A stretch of DNA of 64,000 nucleotides from Isurus oxyrinchus (Eukaryota), in contig JANJGN010000013.1 in the NCBI GenBank assembly GCA_026770705.1, forward strand, positions 41,726,001 to 41,790,000. The letters are read 5' to 3'. Below, one piece after another: positions 51,873 through 64,000 of the stretch (position 1 is the stretch's first letter; every line of letters starts with the position of its first letter). Position numbers and translations under genes: made by a program. Under the pieces are notes generated by a model, which was not told where the DNA came from, searched no databases, and saw only the letters and a list, made by a program, of their open reading frames with translations.

Positions 51873-53479
51873 TAGATTTGATTGGAAAGTTTTCCAATTC
51901 CCACCCATTTAATTCAAATTGTGCTGCTGATATTTGTACAGTTGAATCCAATTGCAGATTCCCTCTACAAATGGCACTTTGGAAAGCACGCCCATCATGG
52001 CAAAGTAAAGGCTAAAGAGAAGAGAAAAGAGAAGCATTTTCTCTCCCCAAAAGTTCAGCTGAGATTGGGAATTGGCTGCGTAGAAACAGAACGCTCATCA
52101 TACCTACGCGTCCCGGCACACTTGAATGCTGATGCGCAGAGGCATCCAACTTTTCACATTGTCATTCATAACTCAAAAGCTACAATTCCAAAAGTGATTA
52201 AAGAAATTACTAAGAAGGTATGTCTACTATATTAATTAGCTAATTATGCACTTGTACCTATAATTTATGTTAATTAAAAGTTAGGGATGCCCTTTATGCA
52301 CTTCCCCCAAATGTAATTCCCTTTTGAAAATGGTGGACCATATTTGTTATCTTAAAATAAGGTTTGTGGTTATGGATAATTTGCATATTCAAATAGTCTA
52401 TTCATTCATATAATTAGTTTTACCAAGAACTTAGAGAACATGCTATTTTCGATATATTCATTATGCTAAAAGAAATAAATCAGTTATATTAATTAGACCT
52501 GATATACATATGCAAATTAGACAATTATAATTAATTTCCTATCATTAGAAAATCAGGTCTAAGTGTTGTATGAGTGAGAGGATATAATCATTATGCCTTT
52601 GAGTAAGAGAGACCTTACGTCATAACTTAACCGTAAGTTGAAATTTGGAAGGTACAGCATAGTGTCGGTGCCTTTGGGCACACCAACACATCACACTAAT
52701 CAGTTCTAATTTACATATTCCAATTAAGTTAATTACAAGAAACACTTTCCTATATAACAACAAATGGTTGTAACAAGAGGAAAGCCATTGGGATTTATCT
52801 GATTAAATGACAGTCGGGGCAAATTCCTCCTTTAACATAGAGGGGCAGAAGTCCTATTTTTGTCCCTAATTAATGACCTGTTAAATAAAATAAAAGACAC
52901 TTGGTTATGAAACATAAGATGCATGTGATTTCATAAGTGGGCTATTAGTTATGGTGAAAACAGGCATCGCACCACTCCACCCCCCCCAACCCCCCCCCCC
53001 ACCCCTCCCCATCCCCTATTTTGCTCAAAGATTAACTTTACACACAAGCTGAGAAAATGAGTGGCAAATTGCACAGGTACATGTATCCGATATGGGAATG
53101 AATGAATGATACCATATTAAAATCTTTGCCATAGCATACACTCATCTGTAAATGGGTGCTCTCAAGATATTGATCTCCCATTCTAACTCCACTGGAGACC
53201 AGTGGCGTACTGATGAAATGGCATCAGTCACTTTCAACTATTTGCCATTTCCCTGGGTGGGGGTGAGGGGGGTGGGTGTCTACCAGTAATGATGGAAGAC
53301 AGTAGAGCCCCCATGTAATTTATGGGCCATTCTCTCTAACCTTCATGGTGTTCTCCGTTGTGGGCCTTAACCCTTCAACTAAGCTTCCCAAGAAAATTCA
53401 CATTTCTAATCCAAGTGGTGCCACTACAATTTCTACAGGCGATCTGACAACAACTTCAGCCATATTTAAAACAAAAAGA

Positions 53480-53562
53480 AAAACATAAGAATTAGGAGCA
53501 GGAGTAGGCCATTCAGCCCCTCGAGCCTGCTCCACCATTCAATGTGATCATGGCTGATCTCT
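53480..53562 (-). mobile_element. CR1 3' tail fragment
   Basis: AACATAAGAATTAGGAGCAGGAGTAGGCCATTCAGCCCC, as at 15410 and 23140. Confidence 0.75.
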
Positions 53563-53967
53563 GTTTCCTTTAAAATGATCAGTATATGGCAACACAGTTG
53601 GACAAAATTTTGGAATGGCAGTGCATGCTACAATGGGCATTGTTACTCTTAGCTTACTATGTGATTAGTTTTTAATCTCAAGTATGTATTGGTAGATGTG
53701 ATTTCCCAATAAGAGGGGAATTGAGGAGACAGGTCCCTGAACAGGCTCTCATGCACTTACTGGTGGCCATTATAAGAAAACATTGAGACTGGACCTCAGA
53801 GCAATGCTCTCATCTTGATGAGAAATACATTGGTACATTTTGCATAATCGTACAGGTTGTGAGAGTCATTAGAGTATCTATGGGGTGGCTCTGACCAAAT
53901 GTTTTACATTGACAATCAGAGATAATGATAAATTTCACAGAGCTAGAGACTTTGCATTACTCATGTA

Positions 53968-54980
53968 AGTGTAACGACTTTTGACCTGGAAGATGTACAG
54001 TAAGAAAAATGTATAATTTCTTCAAAAGCTCTATAGGATCTGTAATTGTTCTTAAGAATGTTTGAAAAGGTCTTTTAAGAGTTTATATCAATTGTAAAGG
54101 GATTAATTGTAATTTTCTTGGATATTAAGAAATACTGTCCATATGACCTAGCAACCCTTGACCTGGAAGCAGTACCAAAAGGAAGTTAAGAAAAAGGCTG
54201 TGTAGCTGGCGGACACAAAAGAGAGCTGCAATCAGAGGAGTTTCAGAGTAAAGGCAATCAGTGCACAGATGCAGACATAAAGAAAAAGCAGATGGAGACA
54301 AAAAGAGGAGCACAGAGAATTCTTGTGGGGAGAAGAAGCAAATCATTCTCAGGAAGAGATCAGTTTTTGTGTTTGGCAGAAAATGAGGCAGGAGCACTTG
54401 GAGACAATGTACGGACTGACTAAAAGGTCAAAAACCTGGAAAGCTGTGTTAATAGTTCAGAGATGCTAATGAGCTGGGTGTTTTCCAGAAGTAGCCAAAC
54501 TGTGAACCAGGGTGCTATTGGTTGACCAGTTGAAAGGAACTTTGGAAAGCTACACCATCAGGACAGTCTTGACCTGAGGGGGAGAAGGTGTGTAGTGGTG
54601 CACCTTGCTGATGATAACAGTATCCGTGAAAATCGAAGGTGAATACTGTTATTGGATGGGACTCCATCCTACCCTGCATGAATAAGAAACAGCATATCGT
54701 GGAACTGTGCAGCTACGTAGTGTCACATTTGTGCGGGAGGTGATGCAAATGCTTATGGTTGTGTCAATTATTTAAAGTGAAATTTACCTTTTTATTTGAA
54801 GTGTCAACGTTGATTCTGATTCATGTTAAAATAGAAGTTACAAAAAATTTAAATATAGTTGGTAATTTCTTTATTTGTGGGCCATTCAATAAATTTGGTT
54901 ATTTTGGCTTATGGTTCTTCCATGGGGATCATTCCATAAGATACACAGACACACAGTCACACTTCTGATCCACTAGTACA
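53968..54980 (+). mobile_element. Possible long LTR of an older element
   Basis: TGTAACGA start, AATAAA at ~54888, TACA end; no partner LTR in the window. Confidence 0.3.
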
Positions 54981-55023
54981 TTGGGCAATTGGCTACTCTT
55001 CATGGCTGAATACAGGCAGTTAG

Positions 55024-55257
55024 TGTAGTGTAATGAGTTAATAGAATAGATAAGCTAACAAGTGATATAGAGAATGATGTATCTGAGACATCAGCAGTCA
55101 AGCGCTAGAGACTCTGTACAGCAGACAGGTAGCACTCAGAAAAAAATGTGCCTACCCAGTAACCCACCTTGTACGTAGTGTTAATAAACATGTTTTGAGC
55201 AACTACCTGAGTCAGGCCCACTTTATAAGATACTCAACCTAGCATATCCATCAAATA
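55024..55257 (+). repeat. Gypsy 5' LTR
   Basis: TGTAGTGTAATG...CCATCAAATA; direct repeat of 63327-63544. Confidence 0.9.
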
Positions 55258-55275
55258 TGGTAACAGTGGTGGTGA
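55258..55275 (+). promoter_or_regulatory. Gypsy primer-binding site, probably tRNA-Leu
   Basis: TGGTAACAGTGGTGG directly after the LTR; resembles TGGTGGCAGCGGTGGGAT. Confidence 0.55.
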
Positions 55276-57138
55276 CACCAATCTAAGCAAGGGTTGGTGC
55301 CATTGACAGAATACCCACAGCCCACGATGGCAATGAATCCTGATTGGACTTCACACAAGAGTGCCCAAGCAAACGGCTAACTGAAAAGGGTAGTGATGGT
55401 GGCACTAGGCATACAGTCACTGCCCCCTACCCTGCCCATTTGAAAGTCTTGGGATCCAGCACAGAGGCCAACATTGGAAGACGTGGTGATAACTTCTTGA
55501 GGAATCAAGCAGCCTTGGGTCCCCTTACCAAACAGCAGCGACTCCAAGTCAGTTCATTCTTTTATCGCATTGGGCCCAACGCTGACCACATCTTTCACAG
55601 CTAGAGGTTCGACGAGACCCCTGCAGATTTCGACCCTATTTTAAAAGCCTTTGATGTATTTTTTACTTCATCTCGGGATACTACTTCTGGGTGAACATGC
55701 TCCTATCACAGGTTCCATAAACCAAGAGAATTGGTCGAATCACTTCTTCTTACTTTGTGCACGGTGGCTAGTTTTCACGAACAGGAGCCCGTGACAGATG
55801 ATCGCATTCCTGCTTGACCATTTCATGGCACTTGTCAGGCTGGTCCAAGGACGCGAATTCAGCCTATCGCCTTCCGACACACTGAAATATCGGTAAAAGC
55901 CACTCATCAATTTGGCCCAAACGTGGTAGCCCTGCCCACTACAAAGCCCGCCAATCCGTGCCACTATCTTGAAGTGTTTGTGCAGCTGTGCAAGATAACA
56001 ACGCCTTCAGACTGCCCAACATGGTGTGCAGCCTGCTTCCGATATTGGAGGGCAGGGCACTTCCAGTGGTTCTGTTCATTTAAAACCACTAAATTGCAAA
56101 GAAAACAACAGAATAACTGCAGCTCACAGCTCACCCAGAACATAGACCACAAACAGACAAATGCCATCCCAGGCTTCCTGGGAGAAGTACAAGGCCATTG
56201 CTAAGAGTTCTGGTCTGTCACTTTAGAAGTCAAAGGAATTCAAACCTGCTTTTAGCTTGACACGGATGTATCCATACAGGCTGATCATTTTGCATGGCTT
56301 GACACAGTTCCTGCCCAGTTATCAAATATTAAACTCCAAGGTCCAGGAGGAACTAGCTTGCAGGTCAGACCAGATCACAGCCACTCTAAGCCACAAGGGG
56401 GAAAAGATCATAGAGACTCTTTATATTCTGTGTAATTAAAGTATCTCTTTACTCAGCAGGAATAAGGATATACAACTGGGCATCCTACAAAAAGTAGATG
56501 AGATCCTTCCACCAGACAACAGTACTGAATTCCACCAGGAATTTCCATGGCTCTTGCAGGGGCTAAAGAATGGATATCACTTTTTACTGCTCCTAAATGC
56601 CATTTGGTGTGTGTTCACTTCCATGAGGCTACCACATCCTCTGCTACTGAAGGTCAAAGAGGAACTTAATTGCATGCTGTGCAAATGTGTCATTTCACTG
56701 GTCACACAATCAAGCTGGAGGTTTTCTGGGCTGGTGATTGTTTCCAAACCAAATAGTCTATTTAGGCTGTGTGTGGACCTCACACAATTAAACAAATCAG
56801 CCCAGAGGGAAGTCCATCAAATGGCATCTACAGACAACAGCCTGGTGAAGCTTCACCAAACTGAACACTAATAGAGGGTTTTGGCAAATACTTCTTGACC
56901 AGGAGCCCAGGCTGCTGACAATCTTTATAAGTCATTTGGCCATTTTTGTTTTAATCACCTTTCTTTTGGTATATCATCAGAACCAGAGATATTCCAGCAC
57001 ACAAAGTCCATGATCCTAGAAGGCAAACAAGAAATCATCTGCCACACGGATGACGTCCTTATCCACCGCTCCAAAAGGGAAGAACATGACCACAGGGTCC
57101 GAGAAGATCTTAAGTGCCAATGTCTTATTAATTACAAT

Positions 57139-57264
57139 GGGTCGGATTTTCTGGCCCTGCCCACACCGGATCATCTGGTCCCGCTGAAAGCCAATGGACT
57201 TTTAGCTGGGCCACTGAATTTCCCATGGCAGGTCCCCCCATGACGGGGTTGGGAAATTCTGGCT
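57139..57264. mobile_element. Harbinger-type MITE in the Copia 5' LTR
   Basis: Termini GGGTCGGATTTT / GAAATTCTGGCT, TSD AAT, absent from the 3' LTR. Confidence 0.7.
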
Positions 57265-57338
57265 AATGTTAAAGTTTAATGGCAATTACATTGTTAAACA
57301 GGCGATGGGTATTTGCACACATATAAAATGGGGATAGC

Positions 57339-57696
57339 GAGTTTTGTAAGTTTCCTTTTTAAGATTTTGTCTTTCTTTTTGCAGTATCCCTTTAAGGGGC
57401 TGCCTTTTAATTTGTCCCTGATTTTTGTTAATTTAGTTTAATTTGTTCTCTCAAAATAGTGTCAATGGGGATACGTCCCCTTTAAGGGCTGTGCCATTTA
57501 TTTGTTCATTTAATCTTTTGTTAATTTGTCCCCTTTTGTTATCGGTTTATTCAAATAGAGGATATAAATGGGGATAGTGAGTTTTGTAAATTTCCTTTAA
57601 AGTTTTGTCTTTCTTTTTTGCAGTTTCCCTCTAAAGGGCTGCTTTTAATTTGCCCCTTGATTTGATAATTTAGTTTATTTTGTTTCATCAAAATAG
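57339..57696 (+). mobile_element. Three stacked AT-rich inserts in the Copia 5' LTR
   Basis: Separated by repeats of TATAAATGGGGATAG; absent from the 3' LTR; homologous to 18694-18824. Confidence 0.75.
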
Positions 57697-57827
57697 TATA
57701 AATAGGAATAGCTGGGACACTGAGTGGTGGAGTAGTGTTGACCATGAACTAAGTCAATAAACTCTCTGTCCAACAAAGAAAGTTGCTGTGTCTTTGTTTT
57801 AACTTCATCAACTAGCATGGATCTGAT

Positions 57828-57843
57828 TGGTGGCAGAGGATAG
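57828..57843 (+). promoter_or_regulatory. Copia primer-binding site, tRNA-iMet
   Basis: TGGTGGCAGAGGATAG versus canonical TGGTAGCAGAGGATGG. Confidence 0.75.
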
Positions 57844-60770
57844 TTAGTCTAAAGGTGAAGATTGGAAACTAAGATACCTTTTCAGGCAGAAGAATGTTAT
57901 CAGAGTTAATTTTGAGAAGAATGCCTGAAATCAAGTGTGAATTATTGGTATGATTTTTCACCATTGTTCTGTTAAGCTGAACCTTAAGGCCAATGGAAGA
58001 ATGAAGTGGATATATGAACACGGGTTACATCCTTACCAAAGAAAAAGCAAGGTATGGCCATGGCACTTTCGCTTCCCACTAGAAGCAGGATCAGGTCAAA
58101 GTATTTTAGGAGCTAGGAACTCATCAATTGGATGCCGAGGAAGATTTGGATAAACTCTTAAAATTTATGGACAAAATTTATAAGAAAGCTGACCTGTAAA
58201 ATATATATGAGCCATGGTCATATTTTGATAAGTTTAGAAGGGTGAATGGTTATTCCATAGAAGAATATATCATGGAATTTAACAGATATATAACATATTG
58301 CAGAAATTCTATTTGGAGGTCCTTAATTCCGTGCTTGCCTTCAAATTGTTGTATTGTGCTAAAAGTATCAATTATGGATAGGCTGCTCATCTTGACTGGA
58401 GTTAAATTCCCAGAAAGAGGCATGCATTTGGAACAGATGCCTGAAGTTTATAAAAAAAAATTCTTGGAAAAATTCATTTCCAGCCACTTTCCTGGCACTC
58501 CTAGAACATTCAGCTGATGAAGGATTCAATGCTGGCAGCACCTTTTCGATATGGGGTGCAAGCATCAATATGAAAGAAGAACCACAGACAAAAGAAATGA
58601 AGGTACAGACCCTTTTGATAGCTCTAACAGACGACAGGAATTGGGTAACTATGGCAAGAGAATGAACTCCAAGAATAACTGAGTTATAGGTGCTTCAGAT
58701 GTGACTTGAAATATCATTGTGATGAACTGTCAAAATGGAATAATACAAACTTTGGCTGAAAGTGCAAGATGAGTGACAGGAGATCAGAAAGACCCATGGA
58801 TTGGCAAAATGAAATAAAGATGTGGAAGGCCAGAAAACACAGTGATAGTTCTGAAAGTTGACTGGAAATTATTCACAGCCCTAGGAAAAGATCGCAGATT
58901 TGTGAAAGGGACTCTGATGGTAGGAGGAAGAGTAGTCCAGAGAGAGGAGGCCGAGTAGAGGTTGTAGTTTGACAAGAACAAGAACAATAGAACAGGCTGG
59001 AAATGTCACTAGAAGTAGAAACCCTTATGATTGAGACATTTTAGTGGTTACTAACAAATTAGAAGATAAGTTGATAAAGGATCCCAAACAAAGAGTTGGA
59101 ATATTGAAAAGAATTTGGCGTATACACTGAAACCAGACAGGGAACAGTCAGCCTTATCACACAGGTGTTTATACACAGAAAAGGTCCTTCTTGATGGCAC
59201 ACATAAGGCTAAAATTAGACTAATAACTCAGGGTTTGAAAGAAAGAATTGGTGATCAAGATGTCGGGGTGGACTCCCCTACTGCATGAAAAGTGAGCTTG
59301 AAGATTTTCTTGGCTCGTTAAGCAATATTCCTGGGAATGTAAATCAATTGAAGTAAAAGCTGCATTTTTGCAGGGTGAGAAATTTCAAATTTTGAAACCA
59401 CTTAAAGTAGCTGGCGACCTAGAATTGAAACTGGAAATTAAACAAGTGTGTTTACAGTTTGAATAACGTGTCAAGGGTGTGGTATTGCTCAGTTACATCC
59501 ATCCTGTTGAAAGCGGAATGTATTCAGCTAAAGGCAGACCCAGCAAAGTTCTACTGGTACCACAAGGTGAAACTAGCAGGCACCCTTATAATGCGTGTTG
59601 ATGATCTTCTTTGGGAAGAAGGTTTTGCAGAATTTGAGCAATGGGTGATAGATAAAGTAAAAAAGGAATTGAAGCTTGGAAGTCAGGCTTCAGGGGCCTT
59701 TAAATATATAGGGTTAGACATTAAGCAGAATAAGTCAAGAGTGACTTTGAATCAACAATCTTATTTAGGAAACATCAATCATATCCCAATAAACCAGGCC
59801 AGGTCCTCACAAAAAGTGGGTCCTGCGTCCAAGGAAGAAACAGACCAATTAATAAGCTTTATTGAATAGTGGAACTGGTTGTGCACTCAGACTAGAACTG
59901 ATGGTAGTTATGATGCATTGGAACTGAGTACTATGATGAAATATGCTACAGCTGAGGAAGTTCTGAGAGCAAATGAAACATTAAAGAAATTAAATTCAGA
60001 AAATGCAGGCTCGAGTTTCCAGCCTTGGGTGATCCAGAAGATGTGAGGTTAGTCACTTTTAGTGATGCTTCATATGCCAATCTTCCAGATGGATATTCTA
60101 GCACAGCAGGGTTTATCATATCCTTGGTGGGAAAGGATAATGTTGTCCATTAGCCTGGGAAGTGAAGAAAATGAAAAGGGTAATTAAAAGCACCTTAGCT
60201 GCTGAAACACCAGCATTAGTAGCAGCGATAGATATTGAGGTATACTTATTCTATATATTAAAGGAAATACTATACAAGGAGCAATCTGAGAAAAGATTGC
60301 TCATAGAATGCTCTGTGGATAATCGTTTTCATTAGGACAATGTTCATTCAACAAAGGGTGTCACTGAAAAAAGGTTGAGAATTGACCTTGCTAGCATAAA
60401 GGAGATGTTAGAAAGAAGAGATATTTCTAAAATAAAATAGGTGAATGCAAGTCACCAATTGTCAGCCTGTTTTATGAAGCTTTATGTGCTTGCTCCAAGA
60501 AATTATTAAATGTACTGGAAAAGGGATGCCTTGTGTTATAATGAGGATATGGAAAACCAATATTTTCTTTGACTGCTTTGTAATTATTCATATATGGTGA
60601 AGAAGAAAAATTTTTCAGAGTGGGAAATGTGAGTTCTGTCAATGTTGGTTATAATATAACGTGAGACATAGATGATGGAAAAATACATATCATTTTGTTT
60701 CTTTTCAATTAGTTTGAAAGATTGTTCTTGAGTTTTCAGAAATTTTAATTTAAAAGAAAAGAGGATAATT

Positions 60771-60949
60771 TATCAATGTCTTATTAATGGCAATGTTAAA
60801 CAGGTGATGAGTATTTGTACACCGATAAGCGGGGATAACTGGAACACTGGCGTTAGAGTAGTGTTGACTGTGTCAATAAACTTTCTCCAACAAAGAAAGC
60901 AGCTGTGTCTTTGTTTTAACTTCACCAACCGGCGTGGACATGGGTAACA
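60771..60949 (+). repeat. Copia 3' LTR
   Basis: TATCAATGTCTTATTAAT...GGTAACA; matches 57115-57135 and 57713-57820. Confidence 0.88.
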
Positions 60950-62769
60950 TTAAGGCCCTCCAGGAAGCAGGTCTCATGGTTGATGACAAGTGTGAATTTG
61001 CCAAGATTGCTATCAAATTTCTAGGTCATATCATTGAAAGACAGGGGAGCATGGTGGACCCTCACAAAACAAAAGCCATTACTGACTTTTCACAACTGAA
61101 GTGAATCACAGACATTCAGAGGCTCTAGGGGTGATAAACAAGATGGGCATGTTTATCACAAACGGCCACCATCACAGAACCACTATGAGATCACCTACTG
61201 AAAGGCCAGTAATAGTTCTGGGATAATGAACAAAACAATGCCTTTCAATATATTAAAGACAGGCTAGTCTCTTCAGGTGTGCTGGCACATTATGACCCAA
61301 CATTGCTCACCATAGTGGCTACTGATGCTTCCTCCACAGCCCTTGGCGTTTTTTGTATCCAACTCCAGAAGAATTGTGACAGGAAGCCTGTATAACTTTG
61401 CATCCAAAGCATTAACAGAAACAAAACCATGCTATGCCAGCATCAAGAAGGAAGTATTGGCTGTCACATAGGCCGTTGAGAGGTTCTCGGATTGCCTGAT
61501 GGGCTTACACTTCCATGTAGAGATGGACCACAAATCCTTCATTACACACGAATTCCAGAGATCGCTAAAATGCCCATACACATTCAATGGTTTCGCCTTC
61601 ACTTGATGTGTGATCAATCGATGGCCGTTGATGTTCTAGGGAAGTTGCAATCCACGGCTGATGGTCTCTTCAGAGCTACGGTAGACCAAGCTATTGCCTT
61701 GGATTTAACGCATCTCACAAGTGGAAGCATTCTCCTCGAGTGTAATGGCCTTACTGCTCATCTCTGCTACGAAGCTTCAAGACATCTGAAGGGCACAAAA
61801 AGATGTGAAATATACTCAGGTATAAGGTTCTGTCTGCAAGGTTAGTCTAAATATAGTCCAGCTGACTAGCTCATCTGTAAATACCACAAGCCACACAGAC
61901 ACTTAACCATAGAGGATGACCTCTTACTTGTTGATCATCACTTAGTTATTTCTAAGTCCATGTGAGAGAAGATCCTCCATAACCTCCATGGAGGCCACCT
62001 AGGGATTGCAAAGTGCAGAGCATGCACACTGCAATCTATGTGATGGCTAGACATCGCACAGGCTGTTCAAGATTTCGTCCTATCCTGTCACACCTGCTGC
62101 ATTAACAGCCGGACACACACAGAACACCTGGTGCCATCCAATTTTTCACACCAACCTTGGCAGAAATTGGGGTTTGACCTCTTTGATCATCAAGGCAAGA
62201 CATACCTTGTTGCTGTACTCTAGATAGCCGGAAGAAGTCAGAATTCACAGCACTATTGTGGAGTCAGTGATTAGACCATGCAGACCAACTTCTATACCCA
62301 TGGTCTCCCAAATGAAATCATCTCAGATAACGGTCCGTAATTTGCTAATGACCACTTCCAGAAATTCACTGTCGACAATGGGAGCACCCATATCACCAGC
62401 TCCCCTCTTCATCTTCAAGCTAACGGGGGGCTGAACGAGTGGTCAGGACCAGAACAACTCTAAAGTCTAAGAATCCTGATTGGTATTTCGCTCTGTTGCA
62501 TTATTGAGCCACGCCTCTAGCCAATGGATTCTCTCCAGCTGAATTGCTCATGAGCCGACGTCTAAAGACCCACATTCTGATACTGCCAAGGAACCTCTAA
62601 CCTAATGTTATCTTTACAAGAGAGTGAGACATAAGGAGATGAGCCTCTGTGAAAGAACAACAACAGGGGTACAATTCCAGACCTAGGGCCAAGACCCTAA
62701 CGTCCTTAACTCTGGGCCACAGAGTTTAGATCTATGATCGTAAGGCAGAAGGTTCTCCCTCACCAGAAC

Positions 62770-63013
62770 AGAACACCCACACCCACAATCATATCCCGTC
62801 CAGACACAGTCTGGTACTTTCCAACACAACATGAGAGCTCTGGATTAAAATCCTTAAACTCCCTCCCTAACAGCACTGGTGGATATACCTACAGCACAGA
62901 CTGCAGCAGTTTACGAAGACAGCTCACCATCACTTTCTCTAGGGCAATTAGGGATAAGGAATAAATGCTGGCCTTGGCAGCAATGCTCACATTCCATGAA
63001 TGAATGATAAAAG
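62770..63013 (+). mobile_element. Family-B LINE 3' fragment inside the Gypsy
   Basis: AAAATCCTTAAACTCCCTCCCTAACAGC...GGGCAATTAGGGATAAGGAATAAATGCTGGCC. Confidence 0.78.
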
Positions 63014-63326
63014 AAATTAACTGGTACCCACGAGACCACAGGTCTTTGATTACCACACAATGTGGGATGAAGACCCCAAGAATACTTTGAGCAGCTTGCG
63101 AGATGCTGATTCACTCCAGGACTCACCCAATGGGGCAGTCACAATCATGTTGTCCAGAAGAGTGGTGAAGCCTCCACAGAGACTAAACCTCTAACTGGGG
63201 GACTCTGTGGCTCTGCCACCTCCTCCTCCAATGTAATGTAAATATTTTAAAGTAAATGCTGTGTAAATGGTTTGGACATAGTTAACACTGTTATTAACAA
63301 AGTGGATGGTATTCTTAGGGGGGAGG

Positions 63327-63544
63327 TGTAGTGTAATGGGTTAATAGAATAGATATGCTAATGAGTGATATAGACTATTATGTATTTGTGACATCAGCAA
63401 TCATGTGTTAGAGAAGATGTGCCTACTCAGTAACCAACCTTGTACGTATTGTACACTGTGTAAATAAACCAGTTTTGAGCAACTACCCGAACCAGGCTAC
63501 AGTCCCTCTTCAAAAGATACATGACCTTGTATGTCCATCAAACA
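63327..63544 (+). repeat. Gypsy 3' LTR
   Basis: Follows the G-rich PPT; TGTAGTGTAATG...CCATCAAACA. Confidence 0.9.
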
Positions 63545-64000
63545 GTTAGAGCCAAAATTTCTCGGATTCTGAGGAGTACTGCCATAACTCCAGTAGGAAA
63601 CCAGAGGGACCTCCCAGAAAATGGAGGGACACAATTGTATCCATTGTCCATGGCAATTTCCACAGGACTTTATAAAGGATGGAACCCTATACTTGGGCAC
63701 CCATATCACAGGAAGCAAGGTTGAAGACAAAGATTCCCAATGCAGGGAATTCCCATGGATTTGAGCTACATTTGAGAGACCAGCATTCTGAGGAAATAAA
63801 AAGTGTCCCAGCCTTCTGTTTGAAACAAGTAGGCTCCAACTGGGGATGGGGAGTGAAGGAAGGGTAGTCAAAGTTTCCAGGCTGACATCGGGGCCTGAAC
63901 CACTGCAGCAGAACGATATACTTTTCCCTGGTAAGAATGGCTTCCTTACAAGGACACCCATGGGCCAAATAATGAAGATCCACAATGAAGTTTGTCTAGT

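Larger units (their letters stand above)
57115..60949 (+). mobile_element. Copia LTR retrotransposon (GalEa-like) nested in Gypsy RT, TSD TTAAG
   Basis: TSD at 57110-57114 and 60950-60954; LTRs 57115-~57827 and 60771-60949; PPT 60752-60765; gag KKQGMAMALSLP; RT DSPT, KAAFLQG, RVDDLLW; RNase H FSDASYANL, KSTLAAET, EKRLRIDLASIKE; no protease or integrase recognised. Confidence 0.92.
55024..63544 (+). mobile_element. Complete decayed Gypsy LTR retrotransposon (Mag-like), TSD GTTAG
   Basis: LTRs 55024-55257 and 63327-63544; TSD at 55019-55023 and 63545-63549; PPT 63317-63326; gag knuckle CFRYWRAGHF, RT RLCVDLTQLN and HTDDVLI, RNase H TDASS, integrase HLGIAKC and ISDNGP in Gypsy order. Confidence 0.93.

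Overview
Eukaryotic, repeat-dominated DNA, most likely from a cartilaginous fish (inferred from the repeat repertoire: CR1, L2 and Tx1 LINEs, Deu-, Meta- and AmnSINE2-like SINEs, two-gene Harbinger transposons, Penelope-type ends). I find no intact host gene, RNA gene or CRISPR array; nearly all long ORFs are decayed TE fragments. Main structures: (1) a near full-length CR1 LINE (~9.0-13.6 kb, minus); (2) three Harbinger copies carrying a spliced Myb/SANT-like gene, two also with a HARBI1-like transposase; (3) a nest at 55.0-63.5 kb, where a complete Gypsy element (both LTRs, PBS, PPT, TSD GTTAG) is split by a GalEa-like Copia (TSD TTAAG) whose 5' LTR holds a MITE and three stacked AT-rich inserts. 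Unexplained items include a tiny CCC-terminal element with a variable 64-bp unit, a ~320-bp inverted repeat, a recent 142-bp templated duplication, hammerhead-like motifs and two unclassified duplications. Family names come from motif recall, not database searches. Boundaries without a TSD are approximate. I see no convincing novel functional system.
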